DNA of 63,933 nucleotides, filler included, from Choristocarpus tenellus KU-1152 (lineage: Eukaryota > Protista > Phaeophyceae): the NCBI GenBank assembly GCA_964200185.2. It is 11 parts of 11 records of this genome, joined end to end, with 100 filler letters (N's around TTAATTAATTAA, not from the genome) between each part and the next. Parts side by side here need not be neighbours in the genome. Positions count along the whole stretch, not along the records: positions 1 to 10,951 come from CAXNAD020002606.1; positions 11,052 to 15,346 come from CAXNAD020015240.1; 9 more parts are not named here. One strand, written 5' to 3'. Position 1 is the stretch's first letter; every line of letters starts with the position of its first letter. The translations under genes and the position numbers were made by a program. The notes beneath the pieces were generated by a model. That model did no database searches. It had not been told where the DNA came from and worked only from the letters and a program-made list of their open reading frames with translations. Of the stretch, positions 1 to 13,305 are shown one piece after another.

Positions 1-49
1 TTTTTTTTTTTTTGTGTTTCTTTTTCTTATATTTTATAAAGAAAAGGGT

Positions 50-230
50 GTAGGGGGGGGGGGGGGGGGGGGGGGGGTCTACACCAGGGTGTCTCTTAGG
101 GACAAAACTAGGAAAATTGCACTTACATTATCCATCTGACGTATGCAACCAAATTACACAAAAATAGCGATTTGAAAAAATTGGACCCAAATGGACATGC
201 GCCACCCCCCCCCCCCAGATACTTTGAGTC
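50..230 (-). mobile_element. MITE family A (~180 bp, poly-G TIRs), one TIR degraded
   Basis: Reverse complement of the copies at 50528 and 55801; ends ccccagatactttgagtc. Confidence 0.85.
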
Positions 231-234
231 AAAT

Positions 235-1066
235 GACAGGGAGTAGTGTAGCATAGCTGGCCGCAAAATAGTAAATATATTAATGTCTTTCACATTTATG
301 ACAAGTGTTACCTTTTTAGGAGTTACTCTCACTTTTGAATAGTTTTCATTGGTTTTACATGTAAATGTCACGGGGCATAATAAAAATAAAATGTCAGGTG
401 TCAAATATTTAGTACCTATATACACGGTAACAATAGACTAAAACATAACAAGGTGTACCTGCTGCTGTAGCTGAGGCACGAAAGCGCACCCACTACGAGG
501 GCTCTTTTGATCCTCGTGGTTATAATCTCAACACCTTCACGGTAGAAAGTTTTGAGCGCCTCGGCAAGCAAGCGGAACGTTTCCTGGATGAGCTGGCTAC
601 ACACATGGTGGGGGGGAGAGGAACTGGAGGCTATGTCAGGAAAGGGGCGGTCAAATCCCGCCTACGCCACATAGTCTCAGTAACAACGCAAGTGGCACTG
701 TCTAGACGTGTCGTGCATTTTAAGCTGGAGTCACCAGGGAAATGGGCAAGGAGAGGTTTGTTGGATTCTTGGGGGATGCCTCCCTAGCTCCTCGCCCTGG
801 GGTGCGGGAATAGGAAGATTGGAGGCAGAGGAAGGCAGTGGTACAACATAGTGAAATAACAAATAGATTGTGTTTCTCACAAATGTGACATACTTCACTT
901 CTTTAGGGTTTATTCTGACATGTGAATAGTTTCCATTGGTTTTCCCCCCGACACATCTGCAGAATGTCAGGACATAACAATATAACAAGATATCTCAATT
1001 AACCAGCCAAGAAGCAATAATAATACTACTCAATATGACCTAAGCTAGGTTGGAGGCATAGGAGGG
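235..1066 (+). repeat. ~230-bp satellite-like units (about 235-450, 815-1045 and the start of a third), interrupted by a non-LTR fragment
   Basis: Shared blocks ttggaggca(t)ag...catag and tgaatagttt(t/c)cattggtttt; homologues at 55250-55375 (-) and 60105-60340 (+). Confidence 0.6.
452..787 (+). mobile_element. 5'-truncated C-terminal fragment of an RLE-type (CRE/R2-like) non-LTR retrotransposon
   Basis: Open frame GVPAAVAEARKRTHYEGSFDPRGYNLNTFTVESFERLGKQAERFLDELA matches the K..Y / vEsfGrlG..A..fL restriction-like endonuclease signature. Confidence 0.7.
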
Positions 1067-1087
1067 CTTGCTGTACCTTGCAAGGCG

Positions 1088-1780
1088 TTATAAAGTATAA
1101 TATCTGAACTGCAAATTATCTGGGTCCAGTCTGCTTCGTTTTGAGGTCACGATATTCCCACCTGTTGAAACACGTGTGCGCTGAGTCTCTGCTTGTATAG
1201 GAGGAACTGTTAAATTGGGGTAGATAAGTTTGGCCAGGTGCGGAAATTTGACCTCCTTTCCCACCACCACTTGATTGAGTGGGTTTTTGTAAGTTCCACT
1301 TCCCGTATCAATATTTGTAGGGAGACCTCCTGCGTCCTTGAAGGCATCAACCGCTATAAATACTGCTTCCTCCAAGTGCTCCCCGATTATGTGTTCTATC
1401 TAATATCTCACCACCACAAGCTGAACTCCCCCATATATTTGGAAGGGGAGCTCTCGGAACCCCTTGTGTCATTATGGGAGGGGCTACCCCCACTCAGGAT
1501 AGGCAGTACGCGGATGTTGTAGGATTGGTTCTACCACAGGACCTTCATTCTCTGCCTCCTGTGCTCTGTGCTCCTCTGCCCACAACTAAGAACTTTCAAC
1601 TCCGCCTGCCATCAATCGTCTTCATGCTCATTCTTCTCCGGAATCCCGTAGAGGATTTTGGTTCAGGGGTCCAGAGACAATTAGCCATAGGGCCTGCTTC
1701 CACTTAACTGCTTGTTCCCACCCTTAGAGTACTGGGCAATGTTCTCCACTGTACCAAATTGGTTCACAAAGAAATTAGTT
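1088..1780 (-). pseudogene. Decayed hAT transposase, C-terminal part including the dimerization domain
   Basis: LSLDP*TK (LDPR motif, CGA>TGA) near 1660-1685; NPL...KFPHLAKL...LTVP...STGGNIVTSKRSRLDPDN resembles Dimer_Tnp_hAT. Confidence 0.7.
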
Positions 1781-3989
1781 AAAGTGGTATTGGAGAGAGG
1801 TGAAAGTGGTGGAGGCAAAGGAGAGAAAAGGAACAGTGAGGGTCGGCCAATATCCTCACCAGGGCCAAACGGGGAGACGGTGGGAGTGGAAATGGTAGAG
1901 GAGGTGAAAACAGAGGAGGTGAAAAAAATGTGTCGAGCTCCAACAAAGCAACAAACCGAGGAGGAGGAGGTCATTGCAACTGGTGTTGAGACCCATTCAA
2001 TGGGTGTAACCTACAGTAGTTGGACAAAGATGAAGAAAAAGACAATATTTGCTGAAGGTAAGGTTTACGTGCTATTGCAACTTTAATGTGTCCACGTTTG
2101 TTAGGACATGAGGGTACGACAATAAGACATTTTGAACTGTGGTTGGCCGTTGGCTGCTGGCTGTTGGCTGTGTTGGCTGTCGCTTGGTGCCAGCTGTGCC
2201 TCTGTATGCGATTTCACATATTTACTACTTCGAGGTATCATAGCCACTTGTCTGCATCTGACGCCATACTGTGGTCCTAGGACTGCAACAATGAACCTTG
2301 AGGGAGTGAATGCATATCGTCAGTCAAAGTACGGTCATAGGTGGTGGACATGATTTCTAGTCGGTGAATGGGGTATCTAAAACATGGTGGGTGCGCTCAC
2401 AGGGAAGCAGATTCAGAATGTTCCACGAATGGATCATGAGACTTTTATGGAGTTGATCCCGCAGAAGGCTGTGGGTTCGGCGGGTTGTATAAATTAATGG
2501 TTGGAAGAGAGGGAAGGGAGGATGGCTTGCAGATAGTATAGAGAAGGCAAGCATCTAGTCGACTTTCCAATAGTATACGGCGAGGTTCAATATTTTGTGA
2601 AAACTCGTAATCTATCTTGGTGATTCTCCAAGTTGAACACCCTAGAACCTATTTTAGTTCACGTTGACAGTCATCGGCTATATCCAAGGTAAATTGCAAG
2701 GAGAAAATTGATATACACACCAAAAAATGTGTTGTTGTTCCCTGTCTTCACGTGTTCAAGCACGTTTACTCGCAAACACTACTTCCTACATTGTGCTTAG
2801 CATCATGGAACTCTATCAACATCTACTCGAGCATGCTGGTGAAGTTCAAGAGTATCGTGGCTGGTGTTTGCCCTACTTAGCTTTTGAAGATCTTGAACAC
2901 CCTTAAGAAGTAATTCCAGTACCGCCTTCTCATGTATTCAGACACCTTTACAGTTCTGGATCATGCAAAGAGGGAGATACAGCAGTGATTCAATCTACAA
3001 AATATCCCAAGGAAGAGCCTATCTGTTGGGCTGCCCTTCAACTCATCATGAGATGCTAGGAATTAGAACCTCCTGGCTGAGATGTGCTGCTTTGCATACA
3101 GCTTTAGTCCTATTTGAGTTATCTTGAGATGATTTGTAGCATCAAGGAATTGCTACAACTAACAATTAATATGTCCCCCTCTCGTATGTCCTTGACCGTG
3201 TCAGGGGTGTTCCACTCTACAAAATTTAGATAACGTCATGGGGAGTGCAGAAGAGAAGGATGGATTTGTCAAGGCTCTAGCTCTATGAAGTAACTATTTC
3301 TACAATAATAATGTAACCATCTGCATCATCACCGTTGCTGAGTTGAACACACTGGTGGGGGAGCTTTGAAAAGGTAGTCAGGTGTTCCTTCCAAGGACTC
3401 AACAATTAGGTCAGAGTGAGGTCAAGATTTCTCACTGTAATGTTGTTGATATTTGAGTCTCACAGGATTTCCATCATTAGAGGAAGATCTTAGGCACTTT
3501 TTGGAAAAGAGAACTTTCGAGCATTTTCTGATCACTACGCCGCAGAGCACTCACAGTTTTCACCATTTTTCAACTGATTAAGTGGTATAAAGCATACGTC
3601 TTGCAGGATGTTCCACAAAGCCCTTGCTCAGAAAAAGAACTGCACCCTGCCCAACGCATTCTATAGGAAAAGTCAAAGTTGAAAAATGTACTAACCAGTC
3701 AAGGTGCACATCACCTTGCCGTATACTTCTGTGGATTATGAGTGGGGGTTGACTGCATGAACAGGGAAAAATCTTGTTCACACAGTGGATGTGTCTTCAT
3801 TTTGATATATCTTGCTGAACAGCTTTGAGGGATTGATCTTCAGCACTGAAACCTCCAATGACTTTCCTCAAAGGAGCTATTCGTTGGTGGAAGGATTGGC
3901 ATAAACGAAGATTGATCTAAACATGGCTGCAGGAGGATACACAGGAAAGTAGTGAGTCAGGGGTGGTACTAGGGATGGGGCAGGAATCG

Positions 3990-4221
3990 CTGGCGCCAAA
4001 ATCCAATCTTGCGAATTTTATTGTAATTTTGGTCTTTGTGTTCGTTAGGAAGTGTCAACATCCTTGTTTCGGACATACACAAGATACCTAACACAAAACG
4101 TACACATTTTACCTACTCCGAAACATTTCGGAATAGGAAAATGTCATTAAAAAACCTGTGGGAAGCCAAACCCCAAACGGACAAACAGGGCAAACTCGTA
4201 TCCTCTAAGATAGTTTCACTT
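3990..4221 (+). mobile_element. MITE family B, 5' end degraded
   Basis: Matches the family B consensus; ends ctctaagatagtttcactt. Confidence 0.85.
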
Positions 4222-4363
4222 AAAACAGTTTAGTGTAGTGTGTTGCATGGATTTCAAAATTATTTACACCAGATGTCACTCAATCATGCCCCTCTTCCTG
4301 CACTAAAGTACCACGCTGAAATAGAAGTATCATCTTTTCTTTTGCCTTCAGTGATGCCCCTCA

Positions 4364-4543
4364 AGCTTCAAAGTATATCTGGCGGGGGTGATGACTGTCC
4401 ATTCGGAGACATTTTTCCATGTCGCGATTTTTGGGTGATTTGGTTGCATGCGTCGGATGTATAATGTAAGATCACTTCTCCTGGTCAGGGCCTGAATGGA
4501 CACCCTGTTGTAGACCCCTCACACCCCCAAGATATGTTGAGCC
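4364..4543 (+). mobile_element. MITE family A with TCA target-site duplication
   Basis: caaagtat...gatatgttgagcc; tca at 4361-4363 and 4544-4546. Confidence 0.85.
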
Positions 4544-6639
4544 TCAATAGTCGGGGGAGCGATATACTTGCAGCACACTCTGCAAAACTGCGGTCAGCGC
4601 CACCACCACTGACTCATTCTAAACGAATTGGCAGACCTGTCACCCATCCTGCCAGCACTTACTTGACACTCTGATTTTTTCTTTCCATGTGCAGAAGGGA
4701 GTTTCCCGTCAAGATATAAAAAAAATATAGATATTTTTGGTGTTAAGAAGTATCATATATTTTTGGTGGATATCTTCGGAAACCTCCCCCCTCCCTTTGA
4801 AGATTTGCCCCTAACTCTATCTTCTGTAGCAGTAGTCCACCAACAATATATTTGTTGTACATTATTGGGGGGTGGTTGGCCCAAAATGTGATCTGTTTTA
4901 AATCTGTCTGGAAGGATCCTGCCCGGTGTGTGATACCTTTGTTTGGTCAAAAGCTACAAAACAGACACCACAGCTGAAAATGTACATTTAGCTCGATCGT
5001 CTAATTTTGCACATCCAGGCACAGGCATCAATCAGTACAGCCCCCTCATATGCGCCCTTCATCCTGGTGTAATTAGAGGACTGTGCTCGTTAGCTGTGCG
5101 GCTTCTCCTCCCCTTTTCCCCCAGTCATAGACCAAACAGTCCGCCCCGGCGACTTTCCTCCTGATACTGCTCGAGAATTGTGACTGTTTAGTGACAGATG
5201 TTCTCCTCCTTTTCCACCCCAGCACAGCCCCCACAGATTTACCTGCACAACCACTGTTTATTTTGTTGTGGGTTTGCTGGAGTTAAGTGGGTACTAACGC
5301 TGGAAGGGTTCCCATTTCTTCACCCCCCAGCACAACCCCCACTTGCTACCCAATCATATTATTGCGCTCTGCAGTACCTCATCCTGGTCCTAGAAAGTTG
5401 GTGGTATCTGATGTATGGTCATTGCAGGCGAACACAGTAGTACCAAAAAACAAGATTATCGCTCCATAGCATTGGCACAGCATGTTTCTCTGAGTGCATA
5501 TGATTCTCGAGACCGTCGTTATCCTGTTGACAACCCATAAGGATAAATTGCTATGTGATGTACTGGGACCAACCACCCAAGAGGGTGTGGTAAATGTAGG
5601 ACACTCAGGAAAGAAAGAGTAGTTTCGCCCCAAGTTAGTCTGAGGAACAGGTACGAATACAGGAACAAGAATGGAGTGCAGTCTACACCCCCATCTTAGT
5701 CTCAAGGTCCCACAGCTCCAACCACCAACATCCTCCACATGTCGGAAGGACCGATAAAGGGAGGTCCTTATCCCCAAGAACCCACACAGACCTTGAATGA
5801 CACCTTTCAGGTTATCCACTTATGTTGGCCAGGAGCATGTTTCGAAAATGAGTGCGAAAAGGGGGGAAAAAGTGATTATATGGTGGTTCCCGAAGACGGG
5901 GGTTCCCCTGTGCATTGCACTGTTAACGAACATCGGTTGTCGAGGATAAGGGGAGCAAAGGAGATCAAACATCCTCGAGGGATACTCGTCTGCCACATGC
6001 GTGGAACGGGGTCCAGGCAAAAAGGAAAGTTCGCGCAGACAATATCTCTGAGTAGCATAGTGGAAAAATGAATAGACCCAGAGACCTCGCCGTCATGCTA
6101 TATACTACGTCGTGAAAACAATACCACCATATCACTGGGTTTCGTTTGGGGTTTAGGGGTACAGTACCTATGATCGCGCGTCCATATCTCGCGCAATGAA
6201 GACAAAAACACTTCATTCTTCCCGAAATCGGTGCATTGTTCATCATACCTCTATTGAGAATAGACAACAGTTTTGTATTGAACCTTGTAAGAGACGGAAC
6301 TTTGTAAGAGACGACAAGGGACCACAAAACAATGGATGAGGGAAACGACGACTATCGCATGAGAAACGCTGTTGCGATACTGCATGCAAGCTTGAAGGGC
6401 ACAAGTAAGTGGAAACGATTGTTGGGTTGACTACCTGACTCGTCTTTCGAAAATTGCAAACCATCCCATTCAAGCGAAAAATGGATTGGTGTCTGAAACT
6501 CTGTGGGGAGAAGATGGAAAACAGACTTGCATCCCATACACAGTAGTTAGATCGGGATCCGGTAACAGTTAGACTCCAAAATATATCTTACTCTGCAGTT
6601 CTTCCACCTTGATTCACCTACATCAACTTTTGAGCATAC

Positions 6640-8050
6640 GAAAGATTATGCCCACCATCCGTATCTAGAACCTTCTAGCGGAACAGAAGTTGATGGAGAG
6701 TCCACTCGGATTCTCATGCTCATGAAACCCCCCCACATCGAAGCACGAGAAAAATAACGTAAAATGAGGACTTTGGTGGAGGCTGAAGAGGTTCTAGGGG
6801 CACTTGAGCAATACCCACGTCGAAAGTGCGTGGCCATACCATAAGTAACAACAAACTTTTGATACTGAGGCATCACCTAATGGAGGCCTATGTTGCTGGA
6901 TAGAATCCCCCTATTGAGATCGTAACCCTTTCCTACCACCCACCATCTTCATCACTACCGTTACTCAACGGTCACTGTGGTGGATATATGGCATAATCGC
7001 CTGGAGTTTCCTTAGGATATGTGTCCGACCATCGTATTCGCTCATGGGCAAGTTCCTCAGAATACATGTGCAAGATCTTGTTGACTGACCTGAAGTCGAT
7101 GGACATTCGCACCTTCAGGAAGTCGTGAGGTACACATGAAAGACAAAGGAGCAAGGCAAATTGGAGGGGGAAGGGGGGGATAGATTAATCGTGTTAAGGA
7201 TCAATGAAAGCAGGTCATGGAGAGTTGGGGCTCAATTTTCATTACTCGATTCTACTTGTAAATCATCAGTCGTTTGCAACTAAGCAACCAAAGCAACGAC
7301 CGATAGTTATGGGATCGGTGGTTTCCGTGAGATCAATATTGGACAGAGGTCTACTGGCTTCAACCCCAGACCACCATTGCTTCAATAACGGAAGCCTCGA
7401 GTCTAGAGAGTACGATATTTTTCATCGTTCCCTAGTTCTATTTATTTCATATAGATCAATTCAAGGCATATACCCAAACTTAGATTTGCACACCTGATAC
7501 TTCGAACTTCATACTTATAAAAAATTGAGCGTGTTATTTTTTCCATCCTTATCGTTGCCTTCTTCTCAAGAGATATTAGTCAATCCCTATTGGATCGAAG
7601 TTTCTACAAGGCGCTTTCTATCATGCGAAATGGTTGCGAAGTAGTGTCGCCTACCGCATACGCTCAAGAACTACAGCCCAGCAGCAACCAGACGTGTTTT
7701 CCCAAGACATTTAACTAATGCCATTCCAGAGCCTCGCCCTGCCTGTCCACCCATCTGGCTACCTGGTATTGCTCGAAGACAACTGTGTTCGCATCACCGG
7801 CAGACACCCTTACGCTCGTCTTATCTCACTCCACGGATCTCTGTAGCTACGAACCAAGAACATACCCTCTCTTGAGTCACTTCAGCATTCGCATCCAAAC
7901 CAACAGTCTCCCAAATCCTACTCCTGGGCCCTTCCCCTCCCACACTTTTGTCGTCACGTACATGGCAGGGCTGGAGAGGAGCTTGCAGGGTATGGTCAAA
8001 ACAATTCGAACTTCTGAAACCGTCAGAGCTCATGTCGTGTGAGTATTGTG
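6640..8050 (+). pseudogene. Highly decayed LINE reverse transcriptase remnant
   Basis: EEVLGALEQYPRRKC (RT domain 0-like EEV..AL...P..K) and TFRKS*GT (GFRK.RGT-like) in the expected order; many stops and frameshifts. Confidence 0.35.
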
Positions 8051-9008
8051 GTTCTTGGCCGTTGCAGTACTTACTTGATTCCTTCCTTTATTGGACTCTC
8101 CTCTATTATGTATCTGCTTCGCCAGCTTATGGTAAAATCATTTAACCTTTTTTTGGTGTGCTTCTCAGAACGGCAGGTCTCCACAACCATTTTTTGTTTG
8201 TATTTGGTTTCTCTCCTGTACTTGCCTGAGAGTCCCCTGCAATAATATATGTAAGAAATATTTTATTTCAATTATATAGTTTAGCCCAAGTCCAATGATG
8301 CAAACTTCTTCTTCCGTACAAATTGCAACACCCACCACCCTTTTCAGAACTTTGTTTTACATGCTCCTCCTGGTAGTCTTGTACTCATTATTTCGTATGG
8401 TACATTTTCCACCATCATTTGTTGCAACACAGACTCGATCCTGCATGAAGGGAGAACCGGGAGTTTAACACTGAGGGATTTTTTGGCAGGAAGCTTTCTT
8501 GTTTTTCATAGTCTAGTACAAGTCTAGTACTATTCATTAGCAGAGTTAATCCATTCAGTTGTTGCGTCATACATTTTGTACATTTGTTGTGAACTATAGC
8601 ATAACCCTCAATGAAGGACAATGCCGCTGAAACACCAAATTCCTGTATCAATGGTCACCCAAGGCAACTAGTGTATATATATTATTATTGATGTTTTAAG
8701 GTTGAACTCTAACAGTCTGTCTCTCCTTGATATATTATAGCTCACCATGTCCGAAATATTGGCACACTTGACAGGGATCGTCCTTTCGCTAAAGTCAATA
8801 AATTGATGTAGGTTCCTTCCGTGACCTAGCAAGTAAGACTTGTGGGTATGCTTGCACGTTTTTTTATAGTTATTAAGATTCCAGTTCTTGTGTGCCTCGT
8901 TTGTAAGAATCGGTGTTGTACTTCATGCACTTGTGCTTAGTGGTTAAGAAATTTTCGGGGTGTGTCGTGTGTTTTGGGATAAATCTTGCTCGATCTGGGC
9001 TATCGTTT

Positions 9009-9195
9009 GGGTCAAACAATCGGGGGGGGAGGGTGGCGACTGTCCATTTGGGGCCCATTTTTCCATTTCGCGATTTTTGAATTATTTGGTTGAATGCATG
9101 TGCGTCGGATGGATAATGTAAGTACACTTCTCCTGATCAGGGCCCGAATGGATACCCTCGTGTAGACCACCCCCCCCTTCTAGATACTTTGAGCC
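9009..9195 (+). mobile_element. MITE family A
   Basis: gggtcaaa...gggg...tgtccatttgggg...ccccttctagatactttgagcc. Confidence 0.85.
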
Positions 9196-10329
9196 AATTT
9201 TCAATCAGAGAACTAGACCTCAAATAAAACCTACGGACTTGCCTCCATTGATTCTACAGGTCCAGCACCATCGCAGCTTTTCATTATGATTTTGAGGAAA
9301 TTTCAAATGTAGGGAATGAATAAATTGTCCAGGGCACGATAGGGTGACTGCACATTTGTGCTGCAGTGCTCTAGAGCTACAAGGAATGTAGTACTAACTT
9401 GTCTTTGGGGGTATATGAATATATACTCTACTACTGTGAGTATATTGCACTTACGTACTTTTGTATTCTTATGAACTCTGCCTCGGTCTAAATCTACTCT
9501 GATCTAGAACAGAGTTCTCTGATATAGAATGTAGGGAAGAGGAAAATCTACGTAACAGAGATGTGATAGACATGAAGCTCTCGAATCCTCATCTCTTCAC
9601 ACTAACGAATGGTTTAAACATAGGTAAAATATTGGAGCAGGTTCTACAAGCAATAAAGATATTTTTCTTTATTTGCCTGTTCCTACTTTCATTGCCCAAA
9701 CCCAATTCCTGTCCTCCTCTTGATACACATGCCTGCACATGTTTGCATGAAATATCTCTGATATTTCATCATGGCCAATATCTCGACGGGTGGATGAAAT
9801 AATGGCTGCATGATGGGAGTAGTTTCAGTTCTAGTGGCTCTACATGTGCCTTTCAGGTCCATGTCAACTTCAGCCATGCTCATGTGGATGGGGCTGCCAA
9901 TGAAGCAGCCATCATGTCAAATGTATTTGAGAGGTGCTACATGGTCATTGTACGCCCAAACATTGATGCCCTCAGAAAGTTTCAGGTGTGAATTATGTAA
10001 TAGAGGGAAGGACAGAAAGAAGAGTTAAGAGTAAACGAGAAAAAAAACGTGTACTGCTGACCTCGTGAAGAACAGGGTGCAACTACTTTGAGTAATTTAG
10101 AGTATTTTGTTACATGTACACATAAAATTTAAATATGTGGATGTAAACGTGTTTATGTGTAGTGACAACAAATGTTATAGCCTCTAAATTACGGAATGGC
10201 CTGGGGGGTTGTTGATTGGGAAGGGTCACCCTCGTGAAGCTGATCAAAGCAACCTTTGTTTCAAATTTTAGTCTATGGATACACCTCCTTCTAACCCATT
10301 CAACAATCGATAGGAATTGAAAGCACTCT

Positions 10330-10590
10330 TGGGTAAAGAGCCGAAGTAAATGAGAGGTACCCAGAGTTGCATTCTAAGGATGCAAACAAATATTTACAAA
10401 ATTCTATATTTTTTTGTACAAATGTGTACATGATATTTTCTGAATTGTGTCGGAAAAGGTTCGAAAAATAGAGAAATAAGCGCTCTCAAGTCAAACTTAG
10501 AACATCATAAATTGAAATATGGGTGAATCGCAAAACAATGACAAACAGACTTAAGATGCAAAACGGCCAAAGCCAGGGAACATCTCGTTT
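10330..10590 (-). repeat. Dispersed repeat homologous to 22210-22420
   Basis: gaggtacccagagttgcatt(c)taagg is the reverse complement of ccttaaatgcaattctgggtacctc; further shared blocks (ttgcgatt(c/t)accc, catc(t/c)taag). Confidence 0.55.
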
Positions 10591-10869
10591 GTTTTGTCTC
10601 CAAAGTCAACAGGTCAATTAATTATTGGTAGAAACAAAAGAGCAGGAAGTGACTCCACCATGGTTTCTGCGCACCCAAGTGTGGTCAGATATACAAGGGA
10701 CAATGTGGTTGATTGTCCTAGTCTCGTGATGTGCGCCATGATTGGTGCCTACTCACAATATAGTGTAAGGGAAGAGATAATTCAGTGTCGTGGTATGACA
10801 TTGCTGGCATGCTTCAACTCCTTTGCCCACAATTACACTTCCTAAATTCCGCCCTATTGTATACTATCA

Positions 10870-10951
10870 GGGTCAAATTATGTAGGGAGGGGGTGCCGGC
10901 GTCCGTTTTTCACCCTTTTTTCGATTTTCACTTTTTTTGGTGCGATTCGGT
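10870..10951 (+). mobile_element. MITE family A 5' end, broken at contig end
   Basis: tca|gggtcaaattatgtagggaggggg. Confidence 0.55.
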
Positions 10952-11051
10952 NNNNNNNNNNNNNNNNNNNNNNNNNNNNNNNNNNNNNNNNNNNNTTAAT
11001 TAATTAANNNNNNNNNNNNNNNNNNNNNNNNNNNNNNNNNNNNNNNNNNNN
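10952..11051. other. Artificial contig spacer N44-TTAATTAATTAA-N44
   Basis: Identical 100-bp six-frame-stop linker also at 15347-15446, 18882-18981, 24130-24229, 28627-28726, 33585-33684, 38186-38285, 47047-47146, 56048-56147 and 61110-61209. Confidence 0.98.
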
Positions 11052-11792
11052 CACCCCTCCCCTCCCCCCCCCCACCCCCCAGACACGTTGAACCTAAGAG
11101 ATGACTTTGAGGGAACTGGCTCTTTTTGTGGGAAGCTTTGGAGTACGGACTACGGCCTTTTCCCCGGGAAGGTAACGAACATTTCGATCATCCACTTAAA
11201 AAAAAAAAAAAAATGGTGTGGGGGTGAGTGAGATCTGAGGACTTCGAATTAAATGGTCGATACTTCTGGAACAGAGCTACTGAAGTTATGTGTGTGTATC
11301 ATCAGTCAGTGCATATCTTACCTGTGGGGGGAGATGCACCTCGCTTGGCACCAAGAAGAATTTTTTTTTTTTTTTCTGCGAAAGGCGGCGATAGAGTTGC
11401 GTAACTGGCTTTATTGACGCCTACCATATATGTATATATACATATATATTTTGTTGATGCTCTTTTGTTGTGTTACACGTACCGAGAGGTATTTTGATTG
11501 TGTCGGTTGTGTTTGTGGAGTTTGTGTTGATGCAGAGGCGTTTTTGTATGAATCTGACCAAAGCTGTGTTGCGGCTGCCTGTATCGGCAATAGAGAGGTG
11601 TACCACTCCCCTCAAGTCGCTACCTGCTGCGGAGCACGTCTGTTGAGCTGTACATATCCTAACTTGACAGGCAAGAGTCCCCTGTAAGCTGACCACTTGC
11701 AAGCATGGGTGCAAGAAAGAGGAATCACAGGAACCCGGGAAAGAAGGACGTAGAGGTGTTATCTGCTCGTTATCGATTCGGATGGTGCATTT

Positions 11793-12097
11793 GTTTGAAG
11801 ATATCTTAGAGGGGTAGAGCTGCATCCATTTGGGGGCCAAGATCCAATGTTGCAGTTTTGATTGTAATTTTGGCTATCGTGTTTGTTTTAGGAAGTGTCA
11901 ATATCCTACTACTTTCTGGACACGCCTTTTGGTAACGTATACATATTTTACCTACTACGAAACATTTAGGAGTAGGTAAAATGTCATTTTTTTTTTTTTT
12001 TTTAAAGAAAAAAAAAGAAAAAAAAGTGGGAAACCAAGCCTCAAACGGACATAACAGGGGCGAAATGCGTCGTACCCTCTCTAAGATACTTTCACTC
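11793..12097 (+). mobile_element. MITE family B with internal poly-T/poly-A expansion
   Basis: tatcttagaggggtagagc...ctctaagatactttcactc. Confidence 0.88.
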
Positions 12098-12957
12098 TGT
12101 TGTATGCGGTGATTGTGGTCTTGAGGTTTTCCATGCCTTTACAGCGTTTTAGTTTTAGTTTTTTTTAAAACACGTGCATACTTTATTATTGAGTGTTTTT
12201 GACGAGCCTTTTGACCCTTGTCCCATTTCTGTCTTGTGTTTTTTGTGCTTGGGAGGCGATGTGGGTTACTAAAATCGTTCCTGCTTTGCTTACTACTACG
12301 GAATGTGCACACATGCGAAAATGAGAGCAGACTTTTTTTTTTAATTGAGTCATCATCATCGGGTCTGCGGCTTGGTGCGTGCGTGGGGGGTTCTCGATTC
12401 TTTATCGACAGAGCTCAGAACTCCATTAAAAAAAAAAAAATCGAACAATTGTACTCGAAAGAAATTTCTTTTAGAAATAGAAAAAAAAGGATCATTTTTT
12501 TGTTGTTTTTTTGTTGTTGTTCCACCTTTGTATTCATCAGGGCTAGCTAGGGTTAGGGTTATAGAAGATTTGGGGCTTCAAAAATCATGGGCAGCAAAAT
12601 AACCCTGAGAAACCTGAGGCTGCTGTCGACCAAATTTGGGGAGGTCTGTATCAGTATGATGGAATGAGGCACCCTGCTTCCTGTATATAACTTGAAGAAC
12701 TCAGCATGTCATCGTTCGTACCACCTGCAACACCGCATCGCTTTTTTTACGAACTCTCATGTCTGTTGTTCTTTGGTGTTGATTGATTCATGATATGGAG
12801 AAGTACCACTGTCATTTGAGAAAGAAAAACATGTGACATTGCCTCCGATCAAGTTATTAATTTTGGGGGAGACTTTTCCCGCGGTTTTGGATTGGACGCC
12901 TCTGATATCATACAAAAACTACTCTCGAAAATTGTTTCGGGGCGGCATGAGGTCGGT

Positions 12958-13025
12958 GGTGTGCTCACAAGTGTGTGCGTGTGTGTGTGTGTGTTTATGT
13001 GTTTATGTGTGTATGTATGTGTGGG
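12958..13025. repeat. (GT)n microsatellite
   Basis: Imperfect gtgtgt run. Confidence 0.8.
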
Positions 13026-13082
13026 TTTAGAATTTGTTGGCTCTATTTACTACGGCCTCCTGGTGTGCAGCCCTCTTTAGAT

Positions 13083-13305
13083 TTAAGGTCTTATGATATG
13101 TGATAGCGCAAAGGTGAAGATATTCTGATGATGTTGGCATGACAATCACCAGGTCTGAACCTGAACCTGAACCTGAAACTGAGCCTGTTCTTTGAGGTCT
13201 TACAATACATGATAGCACAAAAGTCAAGAGATTCCGATGATGTTGGCATGACAATCGCCAGGGCCGTCCCCGACCCCGACCCTGACCCTGACCCTGAGCC
13301 TGTCC
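13083..13305 (+). repeat. Tandem duplication of a ~110-bp unit ending in hexamer runs (CCTGAA)n / (CCCTGA)n
   Basis: gatgatgttggcatgacaatc occurs twice about 110 bp apart. Confidence 0.8.

Noticed and set aside
2600-3500. Second hAT relic on the plus strand (SWNS...ML.KF)
   Set aside because: Single weak motif, not corroborated
10996-11007. Regularly recurring TTAATTAATTAA as a biological repeat
   Set aside because: Always centred in 88 Ns; an assembly linker
11312-11345. U1 snRNA-like 5' end (atcttacctg...ggggagat)
   Set aside because: Similarity stops after ~25 nt, with no U1 stem-loops or Sm site; equally a minus-strand CAG/GTAAG donor
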